Virus record (IMG/VR): IMGVR_UViG_2934563053_000002
Coordinates: 14,455-78,454 of that record
DNA: 64,000 nt
Origin: a virus
Lineage: Duplodnaviria; Caudoviricetes
Direction: 5' to 3' (one strand)
In this document: positions 36,840-48,008 of the stretch, piece after piece
Layout of the letters: each line of letters opens with the position of its first letter
Numbering within the stretch: position 1 is the first letter of the stretch
The notes under the pieces: generated by a model
What the model was told of the DNA's origin: nothing
Seen by the model: only the letters and a program-made list of their open reading frames with translations
Databases searched by the model: none
Translations under genes and position numbers: made by a program

Positions 36840-39800
36840 ATGTCGTTCCTCGTCGCCGACGGACACGTCGAAGTCACCGCCAAGACGGGCGACGCCGAGC
36901 GCGACATCCGCAACCTCGTCACCCAGATGCAGGGCCTCGGCCCCGCAGCACAGGCAGCCTCCAACGGGTTGAAGGACCTCCGCAACCGGGCCGCTGCTGG
37001 GGGGGCCGCGCTCGGTGCCATGGGGCGGCAGGCCAAGGACGCGGAGAAGGCCCTCATCCGGCTCAAGGCGTCGGCCGGCGACATCCGGGTCAGTGCGACG
37101 CTGGCGGACGAGACCCGCACCGGCGTCACCGCAGTCAAAGCGGCGCTCCGCGACCTCAAGGCCGAATCCCCGGTGCGGCTGTCCGCCAGGATGGACGACG
37201 ACACCACCAGCAGCATCACCCGCGTCCGTGCCGCCATCCGCGACCTGAAGGCCGAGTCGCCGGTACGTCTCTCCGCGCGGCTGGAAGCGGAGAGCACCGC
37301 CAGCGTCGCCACGATGCGCGCCGCCATCCGGGCGCTGAAAGCGGAGTCCCCGATCCGCCTGGCTGCACGCGTGGAGACCGAGGGCACGGCAAGCGTCACC
37401 TCCCTGCGCGCAGCGATCCGCGACCTCAAAGCGCAGTCCCCGATCCGGCTGTCCGCCAGGCTGGACACCGAGGGGGCCGCCCGGGTCGCCGCCCTGCGCG
37501 CCGCTGTCCGTGATCTCAAGGCTCAGTCACCCATCCAGCTCACGGCCCGCGTGGACGACAGCACGGGCAGCAGTCTGGCCCGCGTGCTCGCCTCGGTCCG
37601 CTCCCTCAAAGGCGAGTCGCCGATCAGGCTGCGTACCGAGGTGGACAGCGACACTGCGGGCATCGCGGCGACACGGCGGGCGCTTCGCGATCTGCGGGCT
37701 GCGAGCCCTGTCCGTATCCGGGCGACCTTCGATGGGGACGGGGCGGCCATCGTCTCCACCGCCCGGGCGGTGGGCAGCCTCCGGGATCGGGCCGAGGCCA
37801 CCAGCCGCGCTCTGACCGCCCTCGCGACGCGGTCTGCCGCGGCTGCCGCCGCCCTGCACGCCGTGAAGGAAGCGGCGCAGGAGGCGGGCCGTGCGCTGCG
37901 GACTCTCCGTGGCAGGGCCCAGGCTGCCGCGGACGCGATGGGTAACCTGCGCACCAGCTCTGTTGCTGCGGCTGCCGCGCTCCGCGCCATCAACACCGCC
38001 ACCCGCAACGCCAATACGCGCCTCGGCACCCTCGGCGACAGCACCCGCACCCTGCGCCGAGACCTGGACGACCTCGACGGGAGCCTCACCCGCGTCGGCG
38101 GCAGCCTCAACGGGCTGCGGGGACGGCTGGGCAGCCTCAGCGGATCGAGTGGCCGCGTGAACCGCCTCTCGGCGGCGCTGCTCTCTCTGGCTACCGCGGC
38201 GATTCCGGTGGCGGCGTCGCTGGCTCCGATCGTGCCGCTGGCCCTGTCGGCGGGCACGGCGATGGGCGTGCTGGGTGTGGCGGCGGCCGGGCAGATCGTG
38301 CACCTCGCGCACGCCTCGGAGGCCGAGAGCAAGTACCAGGACGCCGTGAAGGAGCATGGCCGCACTTCGGCGGAGGCGGCGCAGGCGTCGGCCGACTACG
38401 CCCGCGTGGTCGAGCAGATGCCCGCCCCCACACGGCAGGCCGCCGCCGCGTTCAGTTCCCTCAAGGACCAGTACAAGAGCTGGTCGGATGCGCTGGCGGG
38501 CGACACCATGCCCGTCTTCACCCGCGGGTTGGAGACTCTGAGCGGCACGCTGCCGAAGATCTCGCCGCTGGCACGGACTGCGAGCGACGGCTTGCAGCGG
38601 CTCATCACGATCGCTGCCGGGGGAATCGAGAGCCCCGGCTTCGACCAGTTGATCAGCAAGGTGGACGCGTTGGCGGGGACGGCGCTGCGCCGGGCGACGG
38701 ACGGATTGTTGACGTTCATCCGTAGCGCGCAGACCGGCAGTGTCGGCGGCGGCGTGAGCAGCTTCATGGACTATGCGCGGGCCCACGGGCCGTTGGCCGG
38801 GGAGACCATGCGCAACCTGGGGCAGGTCCTCCTCAAGCTGCTGGAGGCGGCGTCGGACGTGGGCGTGGGCATGCTGACGGTGGTCAACGCGTTCGCGTCG
38901 CTGGCCAGCTCGGTGCCGACAGGACTGATCAGCAACCTGTTGCAGGTGTACGCCGCGTTCAAGCTGATCAAGCTGGCGGCTGTCGGTATGACCGCGGTCA
39001 ACGCGGGCGTCGCCGCGATGGTCACCCAGATCACGGCTATGCGCACGGCGGCGGCTGGGGCGGCGACCCGCATGGCGGGGCTGCGCGCAGCGATGGCGGC
39101 GATCCCCGCGGGTGGCCAGCTTGCTCTGGCTGCGGCTGCGGCGGCGGTGTTGACGGTCGGTGTCTCGAAGCTGATCAGCAAGATGGACGAGGCGCCGCCG
39201 AGCGCGGAGCGCCTGTCCCGGTCGATGATTGCGTTCGCGCGTAGCGGGAAGATCGGCGGCGAAGCAGCGAGAGTCTTCGGCAAGGACCTGGGCGGGTTCG
39301 GGGACGCGGTCGCCCGCATCGCTCACCCCGCGGTGACCGAGCGTCTGAAAGACGTGGGCCACGAACTCGTCACGTTGGGCTTCGGTACGGAGCACAGTCT
39401 CGACAAGGCGCAGAAGGCCACCAAGAGCGTCGACAAGGCGCTGGCTGACCTGGTGTCCAAGGGGCACTCCGACATCGCGGCGACGGCGTTCCAGCGGTAT
39501 GCGGCTGCCGCGGAGAAGGGCGGCACGTCGACCGCCAAGCTCCGTGGGATGCTGCCGAAGTACAAGGAGGCGCTGGCCAACGCGAAGGCCGAGCAGGAGC
39601 TGGTGGCCCAGAGCATGGGCCTGTTCGGTGCGCAGGCCCTCAAGACCAAGTCGAAGCTGGATGCGCAGAAGGCGTCGGCTGACGGGCTGCGGCAGGCGAT
39701 CCAGGCCCTCAACGACGTGAACCGCGCTGGGCTCGGCGGGATGATCGCGTTCGAGCAGGCCATTGACGACGCCGCCAAGGCAGCGAAGAAGTCCGCGGGC

Positions 39801-42077
39801 GCCCTGTCGATGACGCACGGCGAACTGGACTTGAACTCGCAGAAGGCGCGCGACGGGGCGTCGGCGCTGCAAGACCTGGCCACCAAGACGGACGAAGCTG
39901 CGGGGGCAGCCCGCGAGTCCGGGGCGTCGTGGCAGAAGATCAGCGGCATCTACCAGCGGGGCCGGGCGGCGTTCATGCAGTCGGCGCAGGCCATGGGCCT
40001 CACGAAGAAGGAGGCCAGCCAGCTCGCCGACCAGATGCTGAAGATCCCCAGCAGCAAGACGATGAAGGTCCGGATGGAGACGGAGGACGCGGTCCGCGGA
40101 CTGACGTCCGTGGTCAACGCGATCCGGAAGACCCCGGACCGGAAGTCGATCACGGTGAAGGCGCTGTCGGCGGGCGCGATTCTCGCGTTGCAGGATCTCG
40201 GCTTCAAGGTGAAGCGGCTGCCCAACGGCAGCTTCAAGGTGACGGCGAAGACCGGGGACGTGGGCAACAAGCTCGCCGCGGTGAAGAAACTGCGGGACGG
40301 GCTGCGGGACAAGACGATCACCCTGTCGGCGAAGGCGGTCAGCGCGCTCAAGGGCCTGGACTCCGTGATCGCGAAGATCAAGAAGACGCCCGGCAGCAAG
40401 ACCATTACCGTCAAGTCCCTCACCGGGACCGCGATCAGCGCACTGGAAGCCGTCGGTTTCAAGGTGAAGCGACTGCCCGACGGCCGCATCTCCGTGACCG
40501 CCAGCACCGGTTCGGCCCGCGCGAACATCGCCGCAGTTCAGTCGGCCCGTGACCGGCTCTCGTCGAAGTCCATCACGATTACGACGAACCGTGTCACAAA
40601 CATCATGACCAACTACATCACCCGCAAGCGCAGCGGCGGCACGTTCGCGCAGAACGGCTCCTACTGGCGCGCCTCGGGCGGTCTCGCTCCGGGCTTCGCG
40701 GATGGCGGTTCCACGAACACCATCGTCAGCGACATGCAGGTGTTCCCGGAAGGCGGCTTTGTCCGCGGCCCCGGCACCGGCCGGTCCGACAGCATCATGG
40801 CCATCTCGATGGCGGGCATGCCGTATCGGATCTCGAACACCGAGTACGTGATCCGTGCCGACTCGGTGGACAAGTACGGCGTGCGCATGCTCGACGCCAT
40901 CAACCAGGGCACGTTCGAGCTGCCGCGTTTCGCGTCCGGAGGGCAGGCCGCGAAGGACGCCCGCAGGCAGCTCACGTCGGACACGACGTTCACGTCGGCC
41001 GGGTCCATGGCCCGCTACAAGTACGTCGAGGTCGTCCACGATCTCGGGATGCCTGACTCGGTCGGGTCGATGGTCACCTCCATCAACACCTACCTGCGCA
41101 ACATCAAGGCCGCGTTCAGCGGTAGCACCGAGTCGCGGCTGGTGAGCCAGCTCAACCGCGTCGGCCCTGCCCTGTTCAACTACCAGCGGCAGATCGAAGA
41201 CGTGGACAAGCGCATGGAGGACGCCAAGAGCAGCCTGGAGAACCTGAAGGGCGAGTTCGACAACCTCCGCTCCTCGGTGAAGGGCAGCCTCGTCGCGTTC
41301 GGCAACATCACCAAGATCGGCAAGTGGGGCACCAGCCCGCAGACCCTCATCACCCAGTTGCAGCAGGACGCCGGGCGCACCGGCCAGTTCGCCAGCCAGC
41401 TCGACCAGCTACGGGCCATGGGCCTCGACCCGGCCATCCTCAAGGACATCGCCGAGGCCGGGCTGACCGGCGGCGGCATGGCCACCGCCACGAGCCTGCT
41501 ACGCGCCAGCCCCGAGCAGATCGCCGAGATCAACCGGTTGCAGAAGCAGCTCACCGACTCCGCCGACGCGGCCGGCCGCACCACCGCGGACGCCATGTAC
41601 GGCGCCGGGATCCGCGCAGGCGAGGGCCTCGTCGCCGGGCTGGAGGCGCAGCACGACAACATCCGCACCGCCATGATGAACATCGCCAAGAGCATGGAGG
41701 ACTCCATCAAGCGGGCGCTCGGGATCCGGTCCCCGGCCAAGCGGATGGAGCCCATCGGTGACTACGCGGCGCAGGGTGTCGAGGTGGGTTGGGCGCGCCG
41801 TATGGGCCGCGGCCGGACGCTCATCTCGCGCGCCGAGCCGGCCCGGATCAGCGCGCCCTCCAGCTCGGCGCTCCAGCCCGCACAGCCGGCGCCCGTACCC
41901 GCATCGGTGCCGGTGCCTGCGGGGGACTGCATCAAGGTCCAGAGCCTCACCGTCAACGTGTCCGGCACGTTCGACTTCGCCACACCGGCCGAGCGCCGTG
42001 CCGCAGCCAAGGCCCTGGTGCGGGACATGAACGACGAGCTGAGGGCCTACCAGCGGGAGAGGGCGGGGCGACGCTGA
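36840..42077 (+). CDS. Tape measure protein
   Basis: 1745 aa, Ala-rich; after chaperones; FADGG..GPGTGRSDSI motif; ALGIRSP. Confidence 0.93.
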   Translation: MSFLVADGHVEVTAKTGDAERDIRNLVTQMQGLGPAAQAASNGLKDLRNRAAAGGAALGAMGRQAKDAEKALIRLKASAGDIRVSATLADETRTGVTAVKAALRDLKAESPVRLSARMDDDTTSSITRVRAAIRDLKAESPVRLSARLEAESTASVATMRAAIRALKAESPIRLAARVETEGTASVTSLRAAIRDLKAQSPIRLSARLDTEGAARVAALRAAVRDLKAQSPIQLTARVDDSTGSSLARVLASVRSLKGESPIRLRTEVDSDTAGIAATRRALRDLRAASPVRIRATFDGDGAAIVSTARAVGSLRDRAEATSRALTALATRSAAAAAALHAVKEAAQEAGRALRTLRGRAQAAADAMGNLRTSSVAAAAALRAINTATRNANTRLGTLGDSTRTLRRDLDDLDGSLTRVGGSLNGLRGRLGSLSGSSGRVNRLSAALLSLATAAIPVAASLAPIVPLALSAGTAMGVLGVAAAGQIVHLAHASEAESKYQDAVKEHGRTSAEAAQASADYARVVEQMPAPTRQAAAAFSSLKDQYKSWSDALAGDTMPVFTRGLETLSGTLPKISPLARTASDGLQRLITIAAGGIESPGFDQLISKVDALAGTALRRATDGLLTFIRSAQTGSVGGGVSSFMDYARAHGPLAGETMRNLGQVLLKLLEAASDVGVGMLTVVNAFASLASSVPTGLISNLLQVYAAFKLIKLAAVGMTAVNAGVAAMVTQITAMRTAAAGAATRMAGLRAAMAAIPAGGQLALAAAAAAVLTVGVSKLISKMDEAPPSAERLSRSMIAFARSGKIGGEAARVFGKDLGGFGDAVARIAHPAVTERLKDVGHELVTLGFGTEHSLDKAQKATKSVDKALADLVSKGHSDIAATAFQRYAAAAEKGGTSTAKLRGMLPKYKEALANAKAEQELVAQSMGLFGAQALKTKSKLDAQKASADGLRQAIQALNDVNRAGLGGMIAFEQAIDDAAKAAKKSAGALSMTHGELDLNSQKARDGASALQDLATKTDEAAGAARESGASWQKISGIYQRGRAAFMQSAQAMGLTKKEASQLADQMLKIPSSKTMKVRMETEDAVRGLTSVVNAIRKTPDRKSITVKALSAGAILALQDLGFKVKRLPNGSFKVTAKTGDVGNKLAAVKKLRDGLRDKTITLSAKAVSALKGLDSVIAKIKKTPGSKTITVKSLTGTAISALEAVGFKVKRLPDGRISVTASTGSARANIAAVQSARDRLSSKSITITTNRVTNIMTNYITRKRSGGTFAQNGSYWRASGGLAPGFADGGSTNTIVSDMQVFPEGGFVRGPGTGRSDSIMAISMAGMPYRISNTEYVIRADSVDKYGVRMLDAINQGTFELPRFASGGQAAKDARRQLTSDTTFTSAGSMARYKYVEVVHDLGMPDSVGSMVTSINTYLRNIKAAFSGSTESRLVSQLNRVGPALFNYQRQIEDVDKRMEDAKSSLENLKGEFDNLRSSVKGSLVAFGNITKIGKWGTSPQTLITQLQQDAGRTGQFASQLDQLRAMGLDPAILKDIAEAGLTGGGMATATSLLRASPEQIAEINRLQKQLTDSADAAGRTTADAMYGAGIRAGEGLVAGLEAQHDNIRTAMMNIAKSMEDSIKRALGIRSPAKRMEPIGDYAAQGVEVGWARRMGRGRTLISRAEPARISAPSSSALQPAQPAPVPASVPVPAGDCIKVQSLTVNVSGTFDFATPAERRAAAKALVRDMNDELRAYQRERAGRR

Positions 42078-43279
42078 TGCCACAGGGAAACTACGGCGAT
42101 CTCATGGTCGGCCGGCTGTTGTTGCGGGAGACGTTCAAGGCGGCCGAGTCGTCCGGCGAGACGTCCCGCGGGCTCGACATCGAGGGGCAGGAGTCCAGCC
42201 CGCCGCGCACCCGGGACGAGGTGGTGTGGCGGCACGACAACCTCCTCGCCCTGGACCGGGCCTGCGTCATGCCGATCACGTTCACGGACAAGCCGGAACG
42301 CAACTGCTACGCGCGGGTGTCGACGCTGTCCGCGGACTACACCGAGTGGAGCGGCGACGTCGTCACCTCCGACTGGCGCCTCGGCCTCGACCGGTTGGGC
42401 TCGGAGACGGAGTCGGACTTGCAGAGCAGGTTGACGGGCGTGGCTCGGGCCAATGATCACGGCCTGTCTGGGGAGCGGTGGCATGCTCCGCCGATCGGCC
42501 ACTACGGCTACTACACCGGCACCTCCAACGCCACCGTCATGACGCGCACGGGCGCGGCCGGGGCGATGACCGTGTACCGCAGCATTCCGGCTGGGGCGTA
42601 TCCGCGGTGGGGCTGCGCGCCTACGGACTACCTGGCGGGCCGGGCGCGGCTCACCTCGGGCGGGGTGGAGTTGTGCGGTACGGAGCAGCGGCTCCCGGCG
42701 ACGGGCTGGGCGCTGTCGAACGACCTGGTCAACGTCACGGCGTCGGCGTCCGCGTCGCTGGATGTGCAGGCGTACACCGGCGGCGGCTGGCACTCCAAGG
42801 AGTGGAACGTCTCAGTCGCGGGCTCCGCATCGTCCATCGCCGGGTGGGATGGGGCGACGCTCCTGCGGAACGACCCCGAGCACGTCGTGCTGCGTCTCTT
42901 CCACAGCCTCGGGCCTGGCCGGGCGACCCTCGACCTCGCACTCCGCCGGGGCTCCCGCTTCGTGGAGTGCTACCTCCAGACCAGCACGAGCTCCACCCTC
43001 GCCGTGTACCGAGCGGGCGCAGAGGCAGGCACGGCCGGCACCGGGTATGTGGCCGCGACCGCGGACGACGCCGACGGCAACCGGTACGTGGTGGGTTCGG
43101 CCCGCTCACTCACGGCCCACGCCAGTGGCGGCATCCAGAAGGCTGCGGTCACCGCGCTCGACTTCTGGCTGGGCGTGGCCGCGGGCGGCGGCAGCGCGGT
43201 GTCCGGCGACGCGCCTGAGGACCTGCGCGACCAGTACATCGGCGCCCTGCCGGAGTCCACCTACTGCGTGAGGCGATGA
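42077..43279 (+). CDS. Minor tail / distal tail protein
   Basis: Overlap with tape measure stop; synteny. Confidence 0.7.
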   Translation: MPQGNYGDLMVGRLLLRETFKAAESSGETSRGLDIEGQESSPPRTRDEVVWRHDNLLALDRACVMPITFTDKPERNCYARVSTLSADYTEWSGDVVTSDWRLGLDRLGSETESDLQSRLTGVARANDHGLSGERWHAPPIGHYGYYTGTSNATVMTRTGAAGAMTVYRSIPAGAYPRWGCAPTDYLAGRARLTSGGVELCGTEQRLPATGWALSNDLVNVTASASASLDVQAYTGGGWHSKEWNVSVAGSASSIAGWDGATLLRNDPEHVVLRLFHSLGPGRATLDLALRRGSRFVECYLQTSTSSTLAVYRAGAEAGTAGTGYVAATADDADGNRYVVGSARSLTAHASGGIQKAAVTALDFWLGVAAGGGSAVSGDAPEDLRDQYIGALPESTYCVRR

Positions 43280-43280
43280 C

Positions 43281-46193
43281 GTGGCCATCACCGAGGTATT
43301 CGAGTCCTACGGAAGCTGGGATCTGCGGCTCAAGCCGACAGCTCCGCCGGAGCTGTGGGACCGCGTCCAGTACTTCGGGCACATTGCCGTCGTCCCGGGC
43401 CGCGTCGATCCCGTCCAGTACGGTGACAGCCTCCTCAACGCTGCCGCCTACGTCGGCGTCATCCGCCGCCGGGAGACCACCGGCGACGACCGCCGCACCA
43501 AGGTCGTCGAACAGGGCTACACCATCGGTGGCGTCGGCATGGAGGTGTGGCTCGGCGACGAAGACGACAAGGGCTCCGTCTTCGAGACGCCCGTGGACCT
43601 GGCCGACGCAACGTTCTCCGACGCGGTCCGGGCGCTGCTGCCCGCGTCCGGCGCGGTCACCGAGGGCACTCTGTACTCGGTGCCGGGCGACCCCGGCTAC
43701 GGCGGCCGGCACCACTACGAGACGCCCCGCACGGCCATCTCCTATGTGTGCGACACCGTCGGCTCCGCGGCCGGGGTGCGGGTGTCGCACCGCGTCAACG
43801 GGAACGGCACCCTGGATGCGGGCCCGGAGGCGGACCTGTACGTCACGGATCCGCGGTGTGTGATCTCGCGTATCCCCGCGGGTGTGGATGCCGGGGTGGA
43901 GTCGATCCCGGGCGGGTTCGCGGTGGCGCGGGACTCGGAGGACTACAGCACGCGGGTGGTGCTCCTCGCCGAGGGGGAGGGCGAGTCGATCGCGACGGCC
44001 AGCGCCGACCTGGATCCCGGGGAGATCCCGTACAAAGACATCCACGGGAACGCGCTGGCGATGACTCGCATGGTGTCGGAGTCGGACACCACGGTGGCCA
44101 ACGCAGATGCGCGGGCCGAGCTGGCGTTGGGGCAGTACACGACGACGCAGAACGAGCTGAAGGTCGAGACCGACAACTACTACATCGAGGGCAGCTTCAA
44201 CCCGGGTGACTACGTGTGGGCCTACGACCCGGACTCCGGCATCGTCGACACGTCGAACGAGCTGATCTTCCGCGGCGAGCGCATCAACCCCATGCGGTTG
44301 CAGGTGACGGAGAAGCAGTGGCCCGTGACCGCGGACTACACGGTCGCCTACCGGGCGCCGGACGGCTCCTGGTGGGACCTGACGGACCACATGGAGTGGG
44401 ACGGCTCGGAGACGGTCTACGCCACGATTGGTGACTTCGCCCGCTCGCTGACGGGTGCGGGCACGGAGCCGGTGGGGACGCGGCCCTCGTCGGACACCAG
44501 CACCCCCGCCGCGCCGCAGTTGGTCGAGCCGTTCGTGGGCTCGGCCTACCTCGACGCCCGTGGCTTCACGCGGGCTCGGGTCATCCTCGCCTGGCAGGCA
44601 CCCAACAACGAAGACGGCAGCACGGTCCTGGACGGGGATCACTTCGAGATCCGGTGGGCCATCGACACCGACATGATCTACCCGGCCACCTGGACGCAGG
44701 TCTCCCAGGTCCGGTGGATGGATCTCCAGATCTGGGCGCAGCCGTTCGCCGCGCCGGACGACGACTGGCAGACCATGTACGTCGCATGGGGCGAGTCCAC
44801 CGCGCAGCTTCAGGACCTGTCCCCGGGCGTCGGCTACGACGTGCAGATCCGCGCGGTCGACAAGGCGGGCAACATCGGCGCGTGGAGCCCGGTCACCACG
44901 TTCGTCGCGTCCGAGGACAACGTGCCGCCGTCGACGCCGGCGCCGCCGCAGGTGGCCGCGTCCCGGATCGCCGTGCAGGTGACGCACGAACTGGGCAAGT
45001 CGTCGGGCGGCACGTTCAACCTGGAGCGGGACCTCCACCACCTGGAGGTCCACGTCTCCTACGAGCCCGGCTTCACGCCGGACGAGACGACGCTGCTGAC
45101 GAAGGTCTCCGCTACCGCGGGGATGCTCCAGGGCCAGGTGCCGGTCGTCGTGACCGTGCAGGTGGAGGAGACGTCCGAGCGGTACGTGCGGGTCATCGCC
45201 GTGGACGAGACCGGCAACAAGAGTGGCCCGTCGGACGCCGCCTCGGCGACGGCTCTGCTGATCGACGATGCGCACATCTCCGACCTCACCGTCTCCAAGG
45301 TCACCGCGGGCACCATCACCGCGAGCTGGGTCCTCGCCGGGGAGATCAAGACCGCCGACAGCGGCGCCCGCGCCCGCATGTCGATGGACGGCTACGAGCT
45401 GTACAACGCAGGCGGCACACGCACGTTCTTCGCGGAGGCGGAGACCGGCAACGTCGAGATCATCGGACAGCTCGCGTCCGGCACGACCGGGCAGCGCATG
45501 GTCATCAACCCCATGGGCATCGCCGACCCGCAGATCCGCTTCTACCCGGTGACCGGCACCGAGTACGGGTTGATCCGCTCCTACAACAGCCTGGACGTGC
45601 CCGGCGACCCGAGCGTCATGATGCGCTCCGGCGCGGCCGACGACGGCACCTACGGCCTCTCGGTCTGCGCCTCCGACCGGGCGTTCATCGGGCAGCACAC
45701 CTACAACGTGTTCACCCAGCTGTGGGATCCGCAGGGCGGCTCCCTCTTCACCAACGCGGATTCCGCGCGGCTCTCCTATTACGACACGCTGGGCACGGAC
45801 GATTACGGCGGGGCCGTCTACCTCGATGCACAGCAGGCCACCATCGGTGTGCGGCAGGCTGATTTCGAGGAGGCGTTCATCGCGATCGACAACGTCTACG
45901 GCAGCATCACTGCGGTGGGTGAGATCGAGACCCGCGTCGACCCGCAGACGGCGCTGATCGTCGGCAACATGACTGTGTCCGGCGGCCCCTACACCAGCTT
46001 CATTCGCACCTACGGGCCGACGTATACGGGCATACCGCGGGTGATCCCTTACGTGTGGGACGGTGACGCGTCCGGGTCGACGATCCGTCCCCACATGCTC
46101 ACCGCGAACAGCAGCACTGGCTTCACGGGAACGTTCAGCGGCAACAGCACCAGCAGCTTCACCTGCTACTGGTGGGCCTGGAGGATCAACTGA
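43281..46193 (+). CDS. Minor tail (hub/tip) protein with FN3 domains
   Basis: LSPGVGYDVQIRAVDKAGN.GAWS, YVRVIAVDETGNKS, VSKVTAGTITA. Confidence 0.85.
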   Translation: MAITEVFESYGSWDLRLKPTAPPELWDRVQYFGHIAVVPGRVDPVQYGDSLLNAAAYVGVIRRRETTGDDRRTKVVEQGYTIGGVGMEVWLGDEDDKGSVFETPVDLADATFSDAVRALLPASGAVTEGTLYSVPGDPGYGGRHHYETPRTAISYVCDTVGSAAGVRVSHRVNGNGTLDAGPEADLYVTDPRCVISRIPAGVDAGVESIPGGFAVARDSEDYSTRVVLLAEGEGESIATASADLDPGEIPYKDIHGNALAMTRMVSESDTTVANADARAELALGQYTTTQNELKVETDNYYIEGSFNPGDYVWAYDPDSGIVDTSNELIFRGERINPMRLQVTEKQWPVTADYTVAYRAPDGSWWDLTDHMEWDGSETVYATIGDFARSLTGAGTEPVGTRPSSDTSTPAAPQLVEPFVGSAYLDARGFTRARVILAWQAPNNEDGSTVLDGDHFEIRWAIDTDMIYPATWTQVSQVRWMDLQIWAQPFAAPDDDWQTMYVAWGESTAQLQDLSPGVGYDVQIRAVDKAGNIGAWSPVTTFVASEDNVPPSTPAPPQVAASRIAVQVTHELGKSSGGTFNLERDLHHLEVHVSYEPGFTPDETTLLTKVSATAGMLQGQVPVVVTVQVEETSERYVRVIAVDETGNKSGPSDAASATALLIDDAHISDLTVSKVTAGTITASWVLAGEIKTADSGARARMSMDGYELYNAGGTRTFFAEAETGNVEIIGQLASGTTGQRMVINPMGIADPQIRFYPVTGTEYGLIRSYNSLDVPGDPSVMMRSGAADDGTYGLSVCASDRAFIGQHTYNVFTQLWDPQGGSLFTNADSARLSYYDTLGTDDYGGAVYLDAQQATIGVRQADFEEAFIAIDNVYGSITAVGEIETRVDPQTALIVGNMTVSGGPYTSFIRTYGPTYTGIPRVIPYVWDGDASGSTIRPHMLTANSSTGFTGTFSGNSTSSFTCYWWAWRIN

Positions 46194-46837
46194 TGGCAAG
46201 CGAGATCGCCGAGGACTGGACCATCACGGAGTCCGGGACGAAGGAGACCACGCACGGCACCGAGGTCTACCTCGTCAAGGAGGACAGCCTGGGTGAGAGG
46301 CAGTACCACAGCTTTCCGATGGAGACTCTGGAGTGGCGCGCCGCCGAGTACGGCATCGACCCGACGGACTTCGACACGCTGATCGACGTCATCGCCCACG
46401 AGCCCTACCTGGATGACCCGTCCGACCCGGCGGCCGTCCTCGCTGACCCGGCCACGGCCCGTGGCTTTGTGTCCCCGGCGGTCGAGCCCCGGGCCGGGAT
46501 CGCTCCGCTGGAGCTGGTGCCCACCACGCTGCTGAACGCGGAATCTGTCGAGCTTGCCCGCGGCGCGCACCTGGAGCGCATCGCCCACGTCAAGCAGACG
46601 CGGGCCCGCGTCACCCGCGGCAAGGCCAAGGCCAAGGGGAAGACCGCCGATCCGTGTGCCCCGGTGGCGGCGGCGTGGGCCGAGTTCATGGACCGTGGCG
46701 AGATCGACGCCAAGCGGGCCATCGTCGACCGCACCCGCCGCAAGGCCGCGGCCTCGGCGCGCCGCCGGGCAGACCGCGGCGAGACCGGACTCCCCAAGCG
46801 CGCCCGCACACCCCGGACACCCATGGAGACGCCGTGA
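46193..46837 (+). CDS. Hypothetical tail-module protein
   Basis: TLEWRAAEYGIDP; overlapping junctions. Confidence 0.65.
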   Translation: MASEIAEDWTITESGTKETTHGTEVYLVKEDSLGERQYHSFPMETLEWRAAEYGIDPTDFDTLIDVIAHEPYLDDPSDPAAVLADPATARGFVSPAVEPRAGIAPLELVPTTLLNAESVELARGAHLERIAHVKQTRARVTRGKAKAKGKTADPCAPVAAAWAEFMDRGEIDAKRAIVDRTRRKAAASARRRADRGETGLPKRARTPRTPMETP

Positions 46838-47829
46838 GCACCACCACCAGCAGACTCGCCCTGCACAAGCCCGAAGACGACGGGTCGGAGTACGTCAACG
46901 TCCAGACCGACCTCAACCAAAACCTGGACAAGATCGACGCCGCGGTCGGGTTCGGCGTCGTCACCTCCACCACCCGGCCGTCCTCGCCCTACCCGGGCAA
47001 ACCGATCCTGGAGTCGGACACCGGCCGCGCCTACATCCACAATGGCACCGTCCCGGCGTCCGCCGGCTGGGTCGAGATCCCCACCAGCGACGGCGAGTAC
47101 GACAGCGACCTCACGCTCGCCCCGGGCCGCAGCATCGCCCTCGGCGACAACAGCGCGACCGCGATGGTGGCGGTCGCGACCCCGGGCGCCAACGACGACG
47201 TGCTCAACCTCCAGGTCGAGGGCGACACACAGCCGCGACTCCTGATGGAGACATCGGGGGCGATGGCCTGGGGCCCCGGCGGATCCACGAACGTGGACGT
47301 CGCCCTCTACCGCACTTCCGCTGCGACGCTCACCCTGTCGGGCAACCTGCTCGTCACCGGCATCGGGCAGCGGTTGTTCGCCACCAAGACGGTGTCGCAG
47401 TTCCTGGCGTCGTCCACCACGCTCCAGAACGACGACCACCTGTCCCTCGCGGTGTCCGCGAACTCGACCTACACCTTCGACGTGCTGCTGTTCTCCTCGT
47501 CCGACGCGAACAGCGCAGGCGACCTGAAGGTGGGCTTCAGCTTCCCCAGCGGCGCGGAGTGTCACTTCGCCGGGTCCGGGCCCGTCACATCCCTGTCGTC
47601 CGGCACGTCGTCGTCGGCGGAGATGCAGGCCCGCCGAGAGGCCACCTCGGGCAGCTCGTCCATCAGCTACGGCGTGTCGACGACCAGCGTCGGTATCCGC
47701 CTGTCCGGGGTCCTCACCACGGCGGGTACCGGGGGCACGCTGCGGCTGATGTGGGCGCAGGACTCCAGCAGCTCGAACGTGACGTGGGTGTCGCTGGGGT
47801 CGTACATGGTGGCTACCCGCGTGGCTTAG
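46834..47829 (+). CDS. Tail fibre / receptor-binding protein
   Basis: T.RL.L.KP, N.N.DKID, TSTTRPSSP..G..I.E.DT; C-terminal beta domain (GTLRLMWAQ). Confidence 0.75.
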   Translation: MSTTTSRLALHKPEDDGSEYVNVQTDLNQNLDKIDAAVGFGVVTSTTRPSSPYPGKPILESDTGRAYIHNGTVPASAGWVEIPTSDGEYDSDLTLAPGRSIALGDNSATAMVAVATPGANDDVLNLQVEGDTQPRLLMETSGAMAWGPGGSTNVDVALYRTSAATLTLSGNLLVTGIGQRLFATKTVSQFLASSTTLQNDDHLSLAVSANSTYTFDVLLFSSSDANSAGDLKVGFSFPSGAECHFAGSGPVTSLSSGTSSSAEMQARREATSGSSSISYGVSTTSVGIRLSGVLTTAGTGGTLRLMWAQDSSSSNVTWVSLGSYMVATRVA

Positions 47830-48008
47830 TCGTCGGTGGTCGCCCTGCCGCCGAAGGTGCCCGGCGGCGGGCTCGGCTGCTCGCGGGCTGCCGCCACCTC
47901 CGCCTCCAGCTCGACGATCCGCGCTTCGAGGATCACCTTCTCCCAGGCGAGCCGGCCGACGGCGGCCTGCGCGGCGTCGAGGGCTTTCTCCATGCTGATC
48001 TGCGCCAT
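47826..48008 (-). CDS. Small coiled-coil protein
   Basis: TGATG overlap; LEARIVELE. Confidence 0.6.
   Translation of the reverse strand: MAQISMEKALDAAQAAVGRLAWEKVILEARIVELEAEVAAAREQPSPPPGTFGGRATTDD

Noticed and set aside
37527-41039. 1170-aa minus-strand ORF (and similar 43149-46199, 29077-30933)
   Set aside because: Antisense shadows of real genes, expected from high-GC codon bias
46834-47829. Diversity-generating retroelement acting on the tail fibre
   Set aside because: No reverse transcriptase and no template/variable repeat pair seen
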